Source: Octopus vulgaris (taxonomy: Eukaryota). From it: a stretch of 64,000 nt of DNA. Location of the stretch: the NCBI GenBank assembly GCA_951406725.2, contig OX597822.1, forward strand, positions 60,016,001 through 60,080,000, in the 5' to 3' direction. Positions 57,939 through 64,000 of this stretch are shown piece by piece. The notes beneath the pieces were generated by a model. That model did not search any database and was not told the origin of the DNA. It saw nothing but the letters and a program-made list of their open reading frames with translations. A program made the translations under genes and the position numbers. The stretch's first letter is position 1. Every line of letters begins with the position of its first letter.

Positions 57939-60161
57939 GTAAGCATAGCTGTTTAATGTTACATTATTTGCGCTAGTAAACCGAATCCCTACTTCGATTT
58001 TGATTTCTAGCGACCACCTTTTCGCTTTACTTAGGTCATTTATGCGTTCAAAAATTGTATGGACATTAATTAGAATATACAATTCCTTATTTCTATCTTG
58101 TCAAGAAATTAATGTAAAGCTAAAATACTATCAAACATAATTTCAATATTTAACAATTTTAAAACTTTTAATAACTTTGATAATCAGATATTCGAAATTT
58201 AGATTTTTCTTCGTGAATTTCTTATACAGTTCTGAAATTTTGAAAAGTTCCTGATGTTCTTGAAATCAGGCTACTTAGTCGGTCATTACCTTCTTCCAGC
58301 CTCTGGAAACGACCAGTTCAAATCGCTTTTGTTTATTGCACGTATAAAACTTTCATTTGAATATCAGTGGAAAAATTTGTCTCCGTTGAACTTTTAAATT
58401 GTCTTTCTGCTTTGAATAAGAATAGAACACATAAAACAATAAACAGATATACTAAGTTAACTGTATTAAAGGAACTGACGGAAATATATCAGCGAAGCAT
58501 TCCGCTTACAAAAGCAAATATCAGAAGTGAACTTGCAGCTACTGGATTTATCTCATCTCCCTTACAATTTTTTCTTTTTAAATTTTTAATATTCTTTTTT
58601 ATTCTAAACACGAGGCCCGAATAATGGGGGAAGGGGGATTGTCGATTATATCGACCCCAGTACGCAACTGGTGCTTAATTTATCGACCCCGAAAGGATGA
58701 AATGCGAAGCCGACCTCGGCATAATTTGAACTCAGAACGTAAAGACGGACAAAATACCGCTAAACATTTCGCTTGGCGTGCTAACATTTCAGCCAATTTT
58801 TAATTTAAAATATTACTTGAAGAATTTTTGTTTCTTAATCCAAGATTAATTTTAGTTGATAAGCGTTTCCCAATTCTGAGACATATGGTTTATGACCATT
58901 TTTATCTCATGAAAGCATCAATTAAACTTCCTTTTCTGGGTAATATGTGTGCTTGTAATTTTGTTATTAGTGTGCTATGTGTTTGTGTGTGTACGAACTT
59001 ATATACTTTTTACAAAAAATTATCAAGTTAATAATTTTTCTTCAAAACACAAAAAACAGGAAAGAAAAATATATATTCGTTTTGAAATTTCTCATGTCAG
59101 TTCAGTGAATATGCAAATATATTTTAGTCACTGACTAAGATGATTTAACTCTTCCTCATGCTTTATCGTCATCAGTCGTTCTCACCAAGAGTCCATGTGA
59201 TCCTTGCGGGTCTGTATAAGATTCTTTTGTTAAAAATTATGTGCTATAAATCGGTTATATTTCTACAATGCACAAAACATTTTAACAATCTTTTTATACA
59301 ATTCCTAATATGATTTAATGATAATAATATAATAGGATCTTTTAAACATGAAATGTTTGCCAGGGTCTACCTGAATGAAATAGGAATCAGAGAGGTCCAT
59401 AGACGAAAAATGGTTGAGAAACACTAATCTAAATGAATTGAGATGAGAGTTGACAAAGATGATTTTATTTGGTTTATTTTTGTGGTGGTGGTGGTGTTTA
59501 TTTTCATTTTAGTGTATAGAACTTACACACCCATTATGCATTATCTTCTGATTAATACACACTTGTACGTGTGTGTGTATGTATTTGTGTTTTTAAGATT
59601 TATCCATGTGTAATGAAGCTGTGTTGTTATGTAGAATTGTTTGTTTTTATTAAAGAGATAAAAAGGCACCAGTCTCTCTTACGAAATGATTTGGGTTTCC
59701 AAAAGTAGTTAAAGCAATCTATCATTATTGTTTTAATATCTCTTTTTCCATGCTTGCATAGGTCAGGCAGCTAGATAAGACCTTGCAGCTGTCAGATTTT
59801 CTACAGTTGAATACCTTTTTTGCTGCCAACCCACACCTGCCTCCATGTAAAAAAATATTTCCTGATAGCCAGACATGGTTTTACAGGATACTGGAAATGA
59901 ATAACACTGCTTCTATGAAAGTGACACTCATGTATAAACAGTCATGCAGTAGCAAGACCAGGAGACACAATCATGCATGCACACACACACATACATATAC
60001 ATACATGTATGCACATATTCATACATGTATACATACACCCCTCATGTTGCCAGTCTCATCAATTAAATAAATGTGATCATCAATAAATATTTACTTAATC
60101 ATCAATTATATATAATTAAAATTCATTTATTTGACAATTTTGTTCATATTTTTTTCACTAG

Positions 60162-60337
60162 GCTTCAAATGTCCTGAACCTTCAGGTCTTTTCCCTGATC
60201 CACAAAGCTGCAGACATTTTTATCAATGTGACTGGAGTATTGCCTACAGAAAGGATTGCCCTGGAAACTTGCACTTCAACAAAGTCTTGAAAGTGTGTGA
60301 TTGGCAATACAGAGCCGACTGCAATATTAGAAAATAA
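60162..60337 (+). CDS. Copy B terminal exon, CBM14 chitin-binding domain
   Basis: FKCPEPSGLFPDPQSCRHFYQCDWSIAYRKDCPGNLHFNKVLKVCDWQYRADCNIRK*; intact. Confidence 0.88.
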
Positions 60338-62100
60338 ACAAGGAAACAGAATTTCTATTATTCCAAATAATTTCCCCTGTAGTATGAGAATATGAAGAAT
60401 CCATTCTACCATATGATAATGACGGTTTTAATTTGCACATATGCTAATGAATATTGGTTTTCTGCAGTGATTATTTTCTTTCTAAACATACATATATATG
60501 TTTCATCTTTAATGTATTAATATTCCTGTCTAATTCATATGCTTTATCCTGTGGTTCTTTGTCACAATTCTTCTGGAAGTGTTTGCAACCAAATTTATGC
60601 ACTACATATCCAATAAATGAAACAACAGAACCCATTTCAGATTAGATGAATTAATATTGCTATGAAAATGAAATAAACAAATTATCAGGCTAATTTTAAC
60701 AGTATGTCTTTGTTTTTTCTTGCTTTTTTGCCTTTATTTCTCTTTACATATTTTCCCATCCTTTCCAATCAAGTTTTCTTTGTTGTTTCTTCAGACATGT
60801 CTCTGTCACATAAATATCAGAACCAGTGCTGAGATCACAAGATGATAGGTATTTTGAACACAGTTACTCTATATTTTTTCTGAATAAACTTTAATATACT
60901 ATACAGACAGATTTAAATATATAAGCAATTATGATTTTGCATCCTCCACCATACAATTAGTTTACAACAAAGAAGCTCCCACTGTTAGGCACTAAATCTT
61001 TCTCACATTACATTATTCAATACGTAGAAACACATATTAAACAATGCAGTCTAGTCCTGGATATGCATTGTCTTAACAAAGAAATTGTCAAGTGTATCTG
61101 AACTGTTTTTAGTTATTGGTCTATTGGATGAGGACTGACTTGAGGTTTCATAACCAAAACAGGACAATTTGCTTATGAAGAGGCTTTTGCCATTCATTGT
61201 GTTTTACTGTTTTTGCGAAGGACAGTAGTTACCATGTTGATAACTGTCTATAAAATGTAAAAATCTGTTATCATTGTGCCGCAGCAGTTGATCAATTGCA
61301 CATTATAAGATAGAATCATTAGTAGTGATACAATTTCTGTAAGAGACATTACCAGCTGGAAAACAAGCTTTTAGATTGATAACAACATGTTTCAGTAAAA
61401 CTTTCCTAAAGCGGGTACCTTGGAGAATTTACCACTGTTGGCACCAGGATATAGACAGTCTGATTATTTTTATGACAAAAATTCAAAAAGTGTAGTGATA
61501 TTCTATTTCAAAAAGTGTAGTGATATTAATTCAAATTAATGTTTTTCCAGTTTCCATTGATCACTCGGTCGATTGATTACTGGATTGGTGAATGAATGGA
61601 TGGAGGGAGGGGTACGTGATTGGGGAGAAGAAGGATGAACACGTACATTCGTACATACATACAAATATGAATGGATGGATAAATATATGCATTCATGCAT
61701 ACATATATGTGTATGCATGCATTCATATAGAAAAGTTAAATAAACAACACATATCAACCAATAGTTTTCAAACATAAATTCATTTCATTTCAAGAGAACA
61801 TAGATGAATTGACATATCTGATGCATTTGAGAAAAATAATTTCAGCTGGATATTGTAAAAATAGTTCAGTTCATATATCAAAAACTTCAAAATTTCCTCT
61901 TCTATTTTACTTTAAATAATTTCACATGAACTTGAATTATTTACAGGTTTAGTATTTTCTATTCTCAGATCACGAATAGATACTTTAGAACTGGAGATTT
62001 TATCTGCATGAGTTAAAGATTTGGATGTACTGCCATGATCATCATCTACAAAAGAAATTAGGTTTTTAAAGTTCTTATAATATAAATGTAAATTGATTGA

Positions 62101-62272
62101 CCCTTTAGCATTCAGATTACTCTGTCAAATGTAATGTTTATTTATTCATATTGCTTTGAATTAATCATGTATTATATTGTTTATTTTTAAAGGGACATTG
62201 TAGGATAAGTGTGACAGGCCAGATTTGGCCAGTTTGAACATAAATCAGGTGGCTGCCTTATATGCTAAAGGG
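62101..62272. mobile_element. piggyBac-like MITE remnant; degenerate counterpart at ~24255-24457
   Basis: TTGA-CCCTTTAGCA ... TGCTAAAGGG-TTGA inverted termini. Confidence 0.6.
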
Positions 62273-64000
62273 TTGATTTTCTTACTATCAAAAGAAAAAA
62301 CAGTGAACATATTCCAATATGTAAATAGCATGAACAATTTGTCTCACCAAATTGCTCAAATTATCTAAAAGTAAATTTTATAGCAAAGCTGATATTTTCT
62401 TAGTCATACTAAATAGTAAATAAAAATGAGGACATCAGAATACAACTAGTCAGGTTTAATCAAAGATTTAAAAGTTAGCCTGTGGGCATTTTTATATGAT
62501 ATTCACAGGTCTAACTTATTTTGCATGCTGATGATTCTAATAATCATTTTGATCTCAATGGCTCTTAATTTCTTCTGTTTCGTCTATGTTTACACAAAAG
62601 TGAAAACTGTAATACTGAATTGCAGATATGTCAAACACAACATTCCAACAAATGAGAAGCAAGTAAATAAGTCCCCTCTGTTGTAGTTTTATTTTCAATA
62701 AATAGCAGCAAAAATCTTCTTTAAATCATATATTAACTTGAAAACATGAATGATGATTAAGTTGGGTTGATCTATATGACAAAGGCAATACAAAATGAAT
62801 AAGGCTGTGCAGCCAAGTAATACACTGCAGTGAAATAAACCAACAACGTATCTTGTTTCAATCATTCGACTGAGGCCATTTTGATGCACTGCCTTGATGG
62901 CTTTAGTCAAACAAATTGTCTCCAGTACTTTTTTTTTAAGGCTGGCACTTATTTTTTATTGGTCTTTTGCCTAACTGCTAAGTTACAGGGATGTAAATAA
63001 ACCATAACAGATTTCAGATAGTGGTGTGGTGGAGTAGATGAACAAAAACAAACACATTGGCAAGATATCTTGAAATAATACTGAATAATAACATTCATGC
63101 ATGCACACACACACACACACACACACGTACGTACGTACGTACGTACGTACGTACGTACATACATACATACATACATACATACATACATACATACATACAT
63201 ACATACATACATACATACATACATACATACATACATACATACATACATACATACATACATACATACATACATACATACATACATACATACATACATACAT
63301 ACATGAATGACTGGCTTCCATACTATTTATCAGATTTACTCTCGAGGTGTTGGTCATCTCAGGGCTAGAGTAGAAAACTCCTGCCCAAGGTGCTGTGCAG
63401 CAGGACTGAATCCAAAATCATATGGCTGCAAAGTAAGCTGCTTAGCCAAACGGTAATTCCAGCAAATATCAGCGTGAGTAAATAACATATACAAGTATAA
63501 AAGATATGAAGAGGCAAATGACATTTTGTTATACAAGAAACATTTTTGCACTTTAAGTGTTCAAAATCATTAATATCAGTGAGTAAGTTCCATAATCCAA
63601 GATACATCAAATTATCTTCATTATTAAACATCTCCATTATGTTATGAGGCCAAGTCATTTTAACATAGCTGATCTCTTGCTAACTTATACAGTCAGAAGA
63701 AATTGCATACATTCATTATAGAATACTGCCACTTCATGCAGGACTGAGTTCTTACCTTGTAGTATAAATAAAGAAATACACATTCTCCCATACATACCCC
63801 TATTTACCTTTCTCCTGTGAAATCAACTGAAGATTTGCATCTATCTCCTGTTGAGTTGTTGATTCAAATAAACTTTTTATTAGCTTTAAAGAGAGCTTCG
63901 TTTTCTCATGTTTTTCTGCTAATTCAATCATCTGTTTTATGGCATCCTGTTAAAGAAACAAGAAAAGCCATACTTTAATATACTTTTAAAGTTTTTCCCA

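Overview
AT-rich, microsatellite-dense eukaryotic DNA. The SINE and repeat content points to an octopus (coleoid cephalopod) genome; this is inferred from repeat families, not verified. The window holds two tandem copies (A ~5.1-26.1 kb, B ~38.3-63.3 kb) of a + strand multi-exon gene that the ORF track mostly misses. Spliced by hand at GT-AG sites, copy A (5780-22486) gives one uninterrupted ORF of 580 aa (574 aa without an 18-nt microexon): signal peptide, Notch-ligand N-terminal C2/MNNL domain, DSL domain, 8 EGF repeats, then a C-terminal chitin-binding peritrophin-A (CBM14) domain, with no transmembrane or intracellular part. This looks like a secreted Delta-derived protein anchored to chitin instead of a membrane. 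Copy B has a stop/frameshift in exon 2, a lost donor site and an internal duplication. The three versions of the large EGF exon carry 6, 8+ and 4 repeats, apparently reshuffled at conserved Cys codons. Between the copies lie two Tx1/L1-like LINEs at a (GATA)n tract and a nested MULE/mariner/hAT-MITE stack. Several foldback elements embedded in microsatellites carry hammerhead-ribozyme motifs of the Penelope type.
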